A stretch of DNA of 61,827 nucleotides, counting the filler, from Cladosporium halotolerans (lineage: Eukaryota): NCBI RefSeq assembly GCF_011745625.1. It is 5 parts of 5 records of this genome, joined end to end, with 100 filler letters (N's around TTAATTAATTAA, not from the genome) between each part and the next. Parts side by side here need not be neighbours in the genome. Positions count along the whole stretch, not along the records: positions 24,890 to 37,192 come from NW_027191580.1; positions 37,293 to 49,477 come from NW_027191581.1; 3 more parts are not named here. One strand, 5' to 3'. The notes beneath the pieces are model-generated. The model did not search any database, was not told where the DNA came from, and was given only the letters and a program-made list of their open reading frames with translations. Below, piece by piece: positions 35,114 through 47,248 of this stretch. The translations under genes and the position numbers were made by a program. Each line of letters begins with the position of its first letter. Position 1 is the stretch's first letter.

Positions 35114-36867
35114 ACGTACCCCACAAGCGAGTGGTGCACACAAGCGAGTGTCGCAAAAATCTACATACATTGGCTTTAACACCCATTTTTGAGAGTAACA
35201 ATTGAAACATATTTTCTAGACCAGTTCTCCTATAAACTACATACTCTAGCATTGTGTTCATAGGAGCCACACTTACTACACCTTGGTCGGGCTCTTTTAG
35301 TAGCTGGTTGTGGCTGGCTAACAGGATTGTTAACCTGAGAATTTTCAGCTTCAACAACTGACTGTTCCATAACTACACTGCTCTGTACCATTTCCAGCCC
35401 TTCTTGGACAGTTAATGATCCACCCTTTTGAATGTTGCCTTTGTGACGTGCTCTCTTCTGCTTTTGGTACTGATTTTCAGCTCTAAGAGAAGCGTTCTCA
35501 GCCATCAAGATTGCTCTATCATGGACAGCAGTCTCAAAGCCCTTTAAAAGCCTTGCAAAGTGCTGATCACTTGGTGAAGCTGATGATCTTCTTCGTTTAC
35601 GACGTTCCTTTTGGATGAGAGCAGCCTGCTTCTTGATTTCAGGGAATGTCTTTGGTGTCTTAGACTCCCAAGATGATTGACTGCCCTTTGATGGTGAAGG
35701 TGTTGATTGAACCATAATATCCAGGTTTTGAAGGACTTCCTCAGGATTGAATGGAACAAGACCAGTAGCTATAAAGCCTGCTAGTATCGTCTCGGCCGTC
35801 ATAGCTTGCTGGTGAGCTGTGTAGAATGCTGGAAGGAAATCTACCTTCGTAATATGGTTATTGCCAAGCCTCATCTTGCTCTCAACCTGACGGCTATATG
35901 CCTTCTTCAATGGTGCAAAGCAGCTTACAGCTAAAGGCTGAAGGATATGTGATGAGTGCGCAGGCATGCAGAGAGTAAGAATATGGTTCTGAAGGCAGAA
36001 TTCTCTGAACTGAGCTGTTTGGTGGCTACCATGTCCATCGAAGATCAATAGCCTATACTTGCCTTGACAGGCTCGTATAGTGCTCTGATGGAAATGCTGG
36101 ATCCATTGTAGGCCAAGCTCATCGTTTGTCCATCCATTCTCAGAGACTGCAATCTTCCACGTAGGAGGCAAGCCACATTGGTACCAGGTCTTCTGATGGA
36201 GTTTTGCAGCAAAGATGATAAAGGGTGGGATAGACCACCCTTTAGCATTGATCCCTTGGATAGCAGTAACCCACTCCCTGTTCCCTGGTTGTATTGTCCT
36301 TGGTCTGCCTCTTCTTTCTGAGCTTGTAACAACTTTGGAGGTTGATATAACTCCCATTTGGAAGCCAGTCTCATCAAAGTTGTAAATGTCTGCCTCTGTA
36401 ACACCATATTTTGAGACTGTGTCCTGTACTAACTGGAACCAAGCTCTTATAGCCTTTGGATCCTCACAGCAGGCTCTCTGATAGTCGAACTTGCGATTGT
36501 ATATGCTTTTGATCTGTACATGGCGGTTGATAAAGTTTCGTGTCCAGTTCTTGCCGACCTGTTCAGGATTCTATGGCTGTCTAGATTTGAGGATGAGATT
36601 GGCCGATTCTTGGACATCAGCTTGCTGGAGTGGAAATCCTTGAGCCGCTTGGTGAAGTATTCTCTGAAGAAGCAGTTCCTCTTCAGCGACTGTAAGCTTG
36701 CTTGACTTTGGCCGTGTTTCTGACCCTGGAAGGATGCCTTAGTGTCTTCGTTCTAGTGTCCGTGGAGGTACGTCATACGCAATAGCCGCAGCACGTAGGG
36801 ATCGAAAATCTCCGTTGTTATATGCTTGAAGGGCTAAAGATAGTCTGCCTTCAGTTTGAGAGGTCAT
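35114..36867 (-). mobile_element. Fot1/pogo-family DNA transposon, defective
   Basis: TA then terminal ACGTACCCCACAAGCGAGTG with an internal direct repeat (CACAAGCGAGTG x2). Transposase ATG at 36867 with a frameshifted N-terminus; motifs FDETG, SENGWT, IFDGHGSH, LQPLAV (third catalytic D replaced by A) and a C-terminal CCHC. The other TIR was not seen. Confidence 0.9.
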
Positions 36868-37192
36868 TGCAACCAATGTTTGTTGTGTAATAAGAAGGAA
36901 AAGCTAAGAGACGCGGCGTGGATGATGATGATGATGATGATTTTCATTCAGGCTATGCACGGAGACCGTATGAGCCGTCCCTGATCGCTGCCTTACATTA
37001 CACTGAACAACGCCTCGCACTCATGACCCGAGAGATTAGCCAACACCTCACCCGACCCTCATATCCGAAGAACGAGACAGTCTGCCAGTCTGATAAAGAA
37101 AACGGATGGAAGCTTTGACGACCTTCAGATCCGGCTTCCAACTCTCGCGTGGGCCGTCCACGAACTTGCCCGTCCTTGCGTCCTTACGACCG

Positions 37193-37292
37193 NNNNNNNN
37201 NNNNNNNNNNNNNNNNNNNNNNNNNNNNNNNNNNNNTTAATTAATTAANNNNNNNNNNNNNNNNNNNNNNNNNNNNNNNNNNNNNNNNNNNN
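37193..37292. other. Artificial contig linker
   Basis: N-TTAATTAATTAA-N, 100 nt. Confidence 0.98.
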
Positions 37293-39403
37293 TAGTCGCG
37301 TGCACCTGCGTCCTGTCACGGTCCTCAACAGCCTCGTCCCCATCGGATCAATCGTCCTGGTCCTCACTTAGGCTGTCGCCATTCGCCTCGTGGATGAGTG
37401 AGTCAGAAGAATGATCGAGCCTTGGCTGTTTTAAAAGCCGTTTTTGGGTCCCTTGAAACCGATATGCTACTGCCAGATAAATTGAGAAGGTCTTGATGCA
37501 AGCTTAGACTCGAAAGCTTCGCGGACGTTTCCGAGTCGAGAGCAAAGGAGTCCACGCCCAAGTTGGCCACGATGGGAGGGACGCATGGGCCAGTCGTTAG
37601 TCAACTTCGTCATTTGCAAAGATAGCGAAAATGCCTTGCTTCAGTGGATGTGAGCCTCTTGACTAGTATATTACCCCGTCATTCTCATGGTATAAATATC
37701 ATACTGCACGGGATTGGACGTACCTTGTGCAGAGGGTGGGTTAATAGCTAATAGTCCTTTGCTTATACTGTCTTGCTGCCGTAGAATCCTTCGGAACTTC
37801 GTCGTTGACCGCGGTTTTGGAGAAGATTTCGATTGATGGTATCCGAAGTGGCTCAAGGCGTGCGACAAGCAGGGGGAAACATACCGAGCCGCTTGATAAT
37901 CTGCTGCGGCAGCTTTGCTCCCTTGTCACTGTGAGGGTTCGTCCCCGCACACTTCAGCTTGGCGGACACGTGGCCGGATTTCCTCTTAGTTTGGCTTGAC
38001 GCAAAATAAAGCCAAATATCATGGAATTGCCCGAAGATGGAAGGCTCCCTGCGATGGCCGCCGCACGATCATGCGTCGTCGATGTAATAAGAAGGGTCAA
38101 GTGTTCTGTGGCGCGAATTTCTTACGCGGATCCCGTCGAGAGAAGCTGGCCCAGGAAGCAACTTCTTTTACCATTTTGCCCGACGACCGAATACGACTGG
38201 TGTATACGGAAAACAGCGCTGCTACTAAGGATAATACAGCCAACAGCAAAACGAAGACGATTCGATGAGAGCATCGTCTTGGAGGGTAACGCCGGATACA
38301 AAATGGTTGAATAGCTATAACATGTTCATTACATGGCCCCATGGGTCCTAGTTGTAAATGTTAAAATCTCCCTCACAATTTTCCTCCCTCCAGCTTTACA
38401 AATGCGGCGAAAAGGATTTGTCTTGTGTAAGCGCCATCCTTGGGCCTGTAGCACTCGATTTCTCAAATGTATAATCTTGGCTCGCGTTTGTCCAAGATCT
38501 TCCCATTACGGGTAGGCGGTAGCCCTTGATTCTTTGTGAGCTGCTTCATGAATTCGACAGCTTTTCATCGCTTTCGCTCGCCTTGAGACAATGCCAGCCA
38601 CAGAAGCCTGGCGAGCACAGTGCATTGCGCATGTCGCGTATTGGAGATTCAAAAATCTCCAATAAGAATCTAGCGGCTCTTATTCCTGAATCTTCAGGTT
38701 CATGGGAGCATTCCAATGTTGACGGAATTGTACAACTCATCGGAAGAGGTTGGGTCAAGCTCAAGGGAACGGGCCGTTCACGGTCAAAGCTTGACCATCA
38801 AGGTGTCGTGACCATCAAGGTACTTCCGTCACCGCAGGCCAGTCGCAGCTTCTTGCGGAGACCTTGACTGTTAGCCTGATCGACTAGTGTCTGGCCTGAT
38901 TGAAAGTGGGGTATCACTATATTCACAAAAGGGGCCAATGCTCTAAGCCTAGCGTGCTTACTCTATTCGAACCTCACCTTTTCAGCGCCTCTTGCGAAAT
39001 GCACAGATTAGACTGCCGGGTCTTACATGTATCATCAATCAACTGAACTTTCGGCACAGCTTGCCCGAATCGAGCACGCCGCTCAGCAATTACATCGTTG
39101 ACGGTCTTCTCGTGCTTGCATCATGTCACTGCTGACAACGCGTCACTCGGCCGGGAATGTGAATCATCTAGATCATTGACGCTATAATACATCGGCGATA
39201 CGCCTAAGAAACCTCGATCGAGACTGCTTGCGGTGCTTTTGGCATGTATGATGTAGTGTTTTATGGGTGGGTCACGTGAGAAACGTGTTGAAGATCCTCT
39301 TTTGGTGGTCGCGTAAAAGCAACTGCCAATTTGTAGTCATAGATTCTCCACAGCGCCCCTGTGAGAGCCACCCAAGCGGGCACGATCAACTTCTAAAACT
39401 ATG

Positions 39404-40399
39404 TTACATCTGACTTCCCGCGTCGCATGAATGTAATCCATAACACAGAAAATCTGCCCACCAACCACGCAGGAGGAGCACATAGTCTTCTCCATCATCG
39501 TATTTCTCGTTGCTACCAGTTGGGTCGCCGACGATATCTGCCATAAGCCAGTAGCAGGCGATAACCCATGCGGCAATGATAATGCCAATGCTCAAGAGCG
39601 GGCTCACGAGGTGGACGATAATGAGTCTGCCCGGGTCTCGAAAACAAGCGCAATCGTGCTGAGGCGATGGCCGGCGATCAAGACATCTTAGATGAATCAT
39701 GATCGAGACTTGAAGCAATCGGAACATTCGCTGTGCGTAGCTGCATTGTGTGCATGTGCATGTCTTGCACTCAAGCGCGGCAATGATCGTAGCTATGAAA
39801 ACCCACGCAACACTGACGAGCGAGAGCAAGGCCACTGGGCCGCAAAGGAAGATGAGAATTCTCATCGCTTGAACTCTCTGGAAATCTGACCCTCTGTATC
39901 CTCTCGGTCCGGCATCAGAGCATGCGATCTGGTATACACAGCTCGGCGGTGCTTGTGGATTTTCACGATGGCATTTATGCGCCGCCAGAAGACTTTTGCT
40001 ATGACAAGCTTGCACCTTGCAGCTAATACTGTCCGTCTGTTTCCCGCTTGAAATTCCGCTGTGCTGGGTTCGCGCTACAAGATCCGCAACGTCGAGCTCT
40101 GCTGCGGGCGCTGAAGTTGTACACTTTCGATCTGGTGACTCAGGGGGGTAGCTTCGTTCACCACTGATCTCGGAGTCTTCGAAATCCTGGAGCCCGCTCC
40201 TCACGAAGGCCTTTTCTGGAGGCGAAGGTCTACCTGTGATGTCCGGCGAAACCTTGGCGTACGAGTCTGACACGTGAGAAAAATCGAATGTGCAGCTTGA
40301 GAAGTCCGGGGGGATCGAGAATTCCATGAAGTGGCTGCGGAGGGACCAGAGGGTTTCGGCAGGAGTGGAAGATGCTGTCGGAAACGGGTCGTCGGACAT
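39404..40399 (-). CDS. Hypothetical membrane protein
   Basis: 331-aa ORF with a Ser-rich N-terminus, two long hydrophobic segments and the C-terminal motif IVGDPTG..DDG..VL.LRGWW. Confidence 0.6.
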   Translation of the reverse strand: MSDDPFPTASSTPAETLWSLRSHFMEFSIPPDFSSCTFDFSHVSDSYAKVSPDITGRPSPPEKAFVRSGLQDFEDSEISGERSYPPESPDRKCTTSAPAAELDVADLVARTQHSGISSGKQTDSISCKVQACHSKSLLAAHKCHRENPQAPPSCVYQIACSDAGPRGYRGSDFQRVQAMRILIFLCGPVALLSLVSVAWVFIATIIAALECKTCTCTQCSYAQRMFRLLQVSIMIHLRCLDRRPSPQHDCACFRDPGRLIIVHLVSPLLSIGIIIAAWVIACYWLMADIVGDPTGSNEKYDDGEDYVLLLRGWWADFLCYGLHSCDAGSQM

Positions 40400-41285
40400 T
40401 CTGAGTGTTGCAAGGTGCGGAACAGTCTAGTTTGATATACGTATGTGGGTCACACGAAGCTGCATTCAGTACGGGCAGGACGGCGGGGAACGTCTTGAAA
40501 ACTCGGCGTGCTGCCGTTCAAAGTTGACCTGGCGAAGGACGGTGCCTCCGGAGCGCTTATCGCGGCACGCTTTCCGGTGTCATTCTTTCTCCTCGGGGAC
40601 GAGACTACGCCTCCGGGCGCTCTGCAAAGGCGAAAGAGGGGAAAATAACCAGGGCTTTCCAAGGATTGCCAAGCGAGCTAACCCTCGTTTTTCCGGGGCG
40701 TACATGGAGCAGGGAATGACTAGCGATGTATGCAATCACGCACCGGAAGATATTAATGATTACCTTCAATCAACGAAGAGAACGTCAGAACACACGTGCG
40801 CAGGTGATACAATCATTCGCGTATAGAACCGCTCACAGAGGAATGCTCTCGTTCGTACTCGCTACGTTCATCCACCTCTTATGCGGAGAAGAGAGGCTGT
40901 CTATATACACAATTGCCGTATCCAGCTCACAAACCGACAAGCTTCGTGCAGCATTTTTAGGAGACTTGGCGCTTACGTGGCCTTTCAGGAGTGGTATTCC
41001 TTGTTATGCTTAAGCACACAGCTAACGTTACGCAGAGAAGCCTGACAGGGGCAAAGACCGCACTTCTATACTTCGAGACCGTTGTCCTCACAATCTATGA
41101 CACACTGAAAGATGTTGTGCTTGCGTCTCGATTACAGAACACACTATCTCCTGTGCGAGCGATCGTGCGAAGTCCCCTCAGCGGCCCGTGACATAAGCTC
41201 ATCCATCTTTCCCTATTCAACGAGGTACGTGCAGAGGCGAAACCAACTGACATTCGCCCGACAGCAGCCGGCGTTTCAACGCAAG

Positions 41286-42317
41286 TTACATCATCTGCCA
41301 AATCCATGCAACGCTGATAAGATGGACCTTCAGCCAAGTTTTATCATAATAAGAACACCCCCTGCCATGAGGAAAAGAAAGCGTTCCCAAAGTGTCAGAA
41401 GAGCTCTTTTCACATGACCATGTGGCGATTTCGACATCACAGTGGTTGACATGGTTTTTGGGCCGCTTCCGACCGCTGTTCTCCTGGTTTCGCTGGTCCA
41501 TGTCCTGCACCAGTCGGAGCGTCCAGAAGAGGGACTTTCGTCTGGACTTTTTGGTGTAGTCATGCTGTGAGATTTGCCATTCCAGAACGTGACTCGGAGC
41601 GTGCATATCTCCCTTATGTGTCTCCAAAATGAATTCTCGTGGTTCGGAGCTGCCGCAGCGCTCCGAACGCGGTAGCAGAAGCGTTGCTATGTTGTCCCCG
41701 TTTACACTGATGAAGAGCCTTCTGCTGTCCGAGCGGGCTCGAGTTGCCCTTGCCAGTAATGTTCTGCTAGTCCCATAGTCTGTGTACAAGCAAATTTCCC
41801 TTTTCCACCACCACCAGTTCCACCGGAAGTCGATAGTAAAACCCAGCTTCGACCTTGCCGTTGCGTTGGCATTCTTCGGCTCCACGGATATGTCGGCCCA
41901 TCTCAACGCCAGAGACACAGACGAGATCAGCTCGCAGTCAGGAGGGCTCCAGGGAACTGACTTGTCCGTCGCTTCGCATATGCGAGCTGTTTTTGCATGT
42001 GTCGTCCCTATGACTGCATGCTTGCAACGCAGGAACATGACTGCGCGCGAATTTTCCCGTGTGATATTCTCCGTAAGTGGGTGGCCAGACGGAAAGCTCC
42101 GTATTGCGATCACGGGGTGGTGTTTCTTATCTATCACTCGCAAGCGTGACGCGAGCGTGGCTTGAAGCTTGATGATGAACGCCAAGCCGGTGCGGGGGTT
42201 GCATGGTGGATGGACTAAACACCGCCCCCTTCCAAGAGACGGAGCCAGTCTATGCAGCCCCCTCATGCACAGACGGGTCACCCCTGCCGAAGGTGTACAG
42301 TATACTGCCTTGCGCAC
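41286..42317 (-). CDS. Hypothetical protein
   Basis: 343-aa ORF supported by length only; no domain recognised. Confidence 0.3.
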   Translation of the reverse strand: MRKAVYCTPSAGVTRLCMRGLHRLAPSLGRGRCLVHPPCNPRTGLAFIIKLQATLASRLRVIDKKHHPVIAIRSFPSGHPLTENITRENSRAVMFLRCKHAVIGTTHAKTARICEATDKSVPWSPPDCELISSVSLALRWADISVEPKNANATARSKLGFTIDFRWNWWWWKREICLYTDYGTSRTLLARATRARSDSRRLFISVNGDNIATLLLPRSERCGSSEPREFILETHKGDMHAPSHVLEWQISQHDYTKKSRRKSLFWTLRLVQDMDQRNQENSGRKRPKNHVNHCDVEIATWSCEKSSSDTLGTLSFPHGRGCSYYDKTWLKVHLISVAWIWQMM

Positions 42318-43980
42318 GACGCTAGCCTCCTAGGATTGTCTGTCACAGTCGAGCGAGGTATTTCCAGGGACTGGATGTCTTGGGTGTTCGCGTCGTTCTC
42401 TTTCGCCTGCAACTTGGAGAATTATTCTTTCGAGCTTGGCGCCGAACCAAAGTATCTATTTGGTGTATCGTGACCTGCCCGGCTTGTCGAGCTAATGGGC
42501 CGCTCGTGCCGTTTATCCTTTTTTCAAAGACTCACTCCACCTCTCCAACGTACGTATGGATCTTTCAGGGAGAGTTGGGGGCTTGTCACGGCCTTGTCCG
42601 CTCTTAGTGTGTTCTCCTAGCTCTTGATAGACTTCAATGCGGGATCGGCGGTGTCAGTGCTGGCAGAGCTTGCGTCTTTATCGCTTGCTGGCGCGTGGTG
42701 TGCAAATTTCGTGAGATTGTTTTAGGAACTTCCCGACGGCAGAGCGGCTAGCAGAGCGGCCGAGTTGGCTATGTCGGGCCTTTGCGATCAGCCGGGTCGG
42801 TCAAGTTACCACATTCTGTGAGACTGCAACGTGGGCCCATCGCGCTCTTCCGGTGGTTGCTCTTCTGTGGCGCGATTGGTCTCACTGCATGGACAGCTAG
42901 TCCCACCTGACACAAGGTGTCAACTGTCGGCGCGCCTTCGCCGGCCTTTCTTGTCATCAAGAGTCACATCATACAAGATCAAACCAAGACACAACACGGC
43001 TCGCTTAGTGTTTCTTAGTGCTTCACGTTCGCCCTCTCCTGCGCAAATCGTCACCGGAACAGTTTGAAGGGTGACGGCAGGGCTGCAAGTTATTTCCATG
43101 CTAGTTCTACCACCACCCACCGACTTATCCAAAGTCTGTGGCATCGCACCTTCTCCGGCCCAAAAATCAGGGTCAAATATTCTTAGGAGATGGTGTCACT
43201 TTAACCCAATTTCGCATTATAGAGAGGCTTTCTTTCATGCTCGTATCAGTGTCTCTAGAGTTATTATAGAAAATGCTGTACTACCATCACCTGTAGACTG
43301 CTCAAAAATGGGTTTGTGTCGGATAGCCTACTAGCTGGCGCGCCACAAATCTCCAGATAAGTGGTGGTTCTTCTGGACGCTTTTCGCTTGCCGTGGTGGT
43401 GGGACATGAGGTCGCCGGAGGCGCAGCGCGTGTAGCGAGCTAAAATTGGAAACCGTTGCGTGTCTGTTGTCTAGGTGTGGAGTGCGAGTTCAAGGAGACG
43501 AGGAATGTAAAGAGCGTGTGAGCGTGTGACCGGCGGCAGAGCTGGCAGCAGACCTGCACCGCGAGGCACACACACCGCTACAGCTGGGGAGAGCATCAAG
43601 CACTGCAATCTCATCTCGGGAAGAACAGTTAGCGGCATCTAGCTCGGCGTTTCGACCCCAGGATGAAACAGGGAGGCGGATTGCTAGCATCCGCGTTGGC
43701 CACTAGGATGTTGCCAGGACCCTGCAAGCTCGCCAGCCAATACTAGCCCGCGAGCCAGCTGCCCACCTCTGCAAATGAATCCAGCTCTTGTGTCTTGCCA
43801 TTCAATTCTAGCCCTTTGTCTTCTACGCATGCACATATTCAACCATATCTCCTTTTCTATTCTTCATTCGCGGCAACAAGTTAACATCATCATCATCATC
43901 GTGCAAACCGCACGATCCCTCGCTCATTCGCGCCGCTTGACGCCCTAGCCTACCGCTTTGCGGCCATTCCAGCAGACAGC

Positions 43981-46829
43981 ATGGCATATAAGGGAGGCGG
44001 CGGCTACGGCGCTCCCCACCACGATGCCTCGGCCGCCGGGGTATGTCTGAACTCGCCTGCAATGCACCCGGAATGGACGTGCCAGCTAACAGTTGATGAT
44101 CAGCAGCCCTACCACGCACCACCTCCACACCACGACAGTGACGAGGAGGTCGAGCGTTCCCTTCTTCACACCAACCCAAACGGTCCTTTCAGTGGCCCAT
44201 TCGACGTTCCCAGCAGCCGCGTAGGAACTCCTGGCGGTCCAGACACCCGAGGCTACAAACTCGAGGACGACTCCTACATGGGAGCACCTTCCCCCTACAA
44301 CAACGGCTATCAAGAGGACATAAGCTACGCGGGCACCACCCTGCATGACCCGGGCTATGGCAGCGCGCCGGATCGCGTGCCCAGCCCTTATTCGAGAAGC
44401 GAGATTGGCAGCACCGAGGCGTGGGCAGCGCGCCAGGCTCCCGGAGCCAGCGCTCTCAAGCGTGGTGCTACCCGCAAAGTGAAGCTCGTACAGGGTGCTG
44501 TCTTGAGTGCAGACTATCCTGTTCCCTCAGCCATTCAGAACGCTGTGCAGGCCAAGTACAGGAACGATTTGGAGAGCGGCAGCGAGGAGTTCACTCACAT
44601 GCGCTACACTGCTGCTACTTGCGACCCGAACGATTTCACGCTCAAGAATGGCTACAATCTCAGGCCGGCCATGTACAACAGGCACACGGAGCTGCTCATT
44701 GCCATCACCTACTACAACGAAGACAAGGAACTTACCGCGCGTACCCTGCACGGTGTGATGCAGAACATCCGCGACATCGTGAACATCAAGAAGTCGGAGT
44801 TCTGGAATAAAGGAGGTCCGGCCTGGCAGAAGATTGTCGTCTGCTTGGTTTTTGACGGTATCGACCCCTGCGACAAGGGCACCCTCGACGTGCTGGCCAC
44901 GATCGGGGTGTACCAGGATGGTATCATGAAGAAGGATATTGACGGCAAGGAGACTGTTGCGCACATTTTCGAGTATACCACCCAGCTGTCGGTCACACCG
45001 GATCAGCAGCTCATCCGTCCCACGGACGACGGCCCTTCCGCTCTGTCTCCCGTGCAGATGATGTTCTGCCTGAAGCAGAAGAACAGCAAGAAGATCAATT
45101 CTCACAGATGGCTGTTCACCGCCTTCGGCCGCATTCTCAACCCTGAAGTCTGTATTCTTCTGGACGCCGGTACCAAGCCCGGCCACAAGGCTTTGCTCGC
45201 TCTGTGGGAGGCCTTCTACAACGACAAGGATCTTGGAGGATCTTGCGGTGAAATTCACGCTCTGCTCGGTAAGGGCTGGAAGAACCTGGTCAACCCGCTT
45301 GTTGCAGCCCAAAATTTCGAGTACAAGATCTCAAACATTCTCGACAAGCCGCTCGAGTCCTCCTTCGGTAACGTGTCGGTGCTGCCAGGTGCCTTCTCGG
45401 CCTACCGATTCCGTGCGATCATGGGACGTCCTCTCGAGCAGTACTTCCACGGTGACCACACCCTAGCGAAGCAGCTCGGACCTAAGGGTATTGAGGGCAT
45501 GAACATTTTCAAGAAGAATATGTTCTTGGCCGAGGATCGTATTCTGTGTTCCGAGCTTGTCGCCAAGGCAGGCAGCAAGTGGCATCTGACCTACGTCAAG
45601 TCTTCGAAGGGTGAGACCGATGTACCGGAAGGTGCAGCTGAATTCATCAGTCAGCGTCGTCGTTGGTTGAACGGCTCATTCGCCGCCACCATATACTCTT
45701 TGATGCATTTCGGGCGCATATACCGTTCTGGCCACAACATCATCCGCATGATCTTCCTGCACATTCAACTGATTTACAACATGGCTAATGTTATCATGAC
45801 CTGGTTCGCTTTGGGTAAGTAATGTTCCGCGTTTTCTGCGAAGTCTATCACTTACTCCTCCCAGCCTCTTATTGGCTAACTACCATGGTCATCATGGACC
45901 TCGTTGGAACACCGAGCCTGAACAACAACAACCAGGCCTGGCCTTTCGGCAACTCCGCAACCCCCATCATAAACTCCGTCCTCAAGTACATCTATCTCGG
46001 CTTCCTCCTATTGCAATTCATTCTTGCGCTCGGAAACAGGCCGAAGGGTTCACGGTGGTCTTACATCACGTCCTTCTGCGTCTTCGGTATCATTCAACTC
46101 TACATCATCGTGCTCTCGCTTTACCTCGTCGTGCGCGCATTCACCAAGGGCGGTCTGATCGACACCACTGGCGACACGCAAGAGGTAGTCTCGGACTTCT
46201 TCTCGCCTTCTGGAGCTGGTGTTATCCTTGTCGCTGTCGCTGCAACTTTCGGTCTCTACTTCATCGCCTCGTTCCTCTACCTGGACCCGTGGCACATGTT
46301 CACCTCATTCCCCCAGTACATGCTTGTTGCCAGCAGCTACACCAACATCCTCAACGTCTACGCTTACAGCAATTGGCATGACGTTTCCTGGGGAACCAAG
46401 GGATCCGACAAGGCCGACGCTCTTCCCTCGGTTCAAATTAAGAAGACGGGTGACGGCAAGGCAGCTGTCATTGAAGAAGCCGACCTCTCACAAGCAGACA
46501 TCGACTCTCAGTTCGAGCAGATCGTCAAGCGCGCTCTCACGCCCCACGTCGCCGCCAAGGAGGACACGAAGAAAACCCTCGAAGACTCCTACAAATCTTT
46601 CCGTACCCGTCTCGTCACATTTTGGATCTTCTCGAACGCCCTACTCGCCGTCATCATCACCAACGACAGCGCAGACAAGTTCGGCTTCAGCAGCGGCGCC
46701 ACCGACCGTACGGCCAACTTCTTCCGCGCGTTGCTGTACGCCACCGCCGCACTGTCTTTCGTCCGCTTCCTGGGCTGTCTGTGGTTCCTCGGCAAGGCTG
46801 GCTTGCTGTGCTGCTTCGCCAGGAGATAG
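43981..46829 (+). CDS. Chitin synthase, class III-like; exons 43981-44040, 44104-45814, 45865-46829
   Basis: [75 protein letters not shown] and [13 protein letters not shown] introns at 44041-44103 and 45815-45864. Confidence 0.95.
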
Positions 46830-47248
46830 ACGATGCTCTGCGCGAAAGAACAGGCCTAAGTAGTATGGCGCAATGAATGCGAGCCGCGTTCTTTTGGGCC
46901 CCCCGCCTCGCGACACTTGCCCTGCAGACCTATTCCACGAACAATACACCCTGCGTCTTTTGATAGTCTCATTTCGGACTGCCGCGAGCCGGGCCGGGCG
47001 GTCCAGCAGGTAGCCAACCCCCTAGCCATTGCAGTATATATTGATTGCTCGGAAGAATCCTTGAAGGCGCGGTGGTCAAGGCGCATTTCGGAGGGACGCG
47101 CTCGTACGTTGTCGTCAGGGACACGTGGGCTCTCGTGGTAGTGAAGACATGAGTCGTTGGTTCATTGTTGCCGACATCATTACGATCGCAATTCTTGAAG
47201 AGATCCCTATCAATTCCAGCACGAGCCGTCAAGCGCCTTCTTCCCGAA

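Noticed and set aside
36921..36941. (GAT)7 tract and its poly-Asp ORF
   Set aside because: Ordinary microsatellite with no coding support.
37293..39300. Possible gene relics
   Set aside because: Only short ORFs without motifs; no call can be supported.
46917..47141. Adenylate/UMP kinase-like fragment (VYIDCSEESLKARW)
   Set aside because: No P-loop and only a weak short resemblance.
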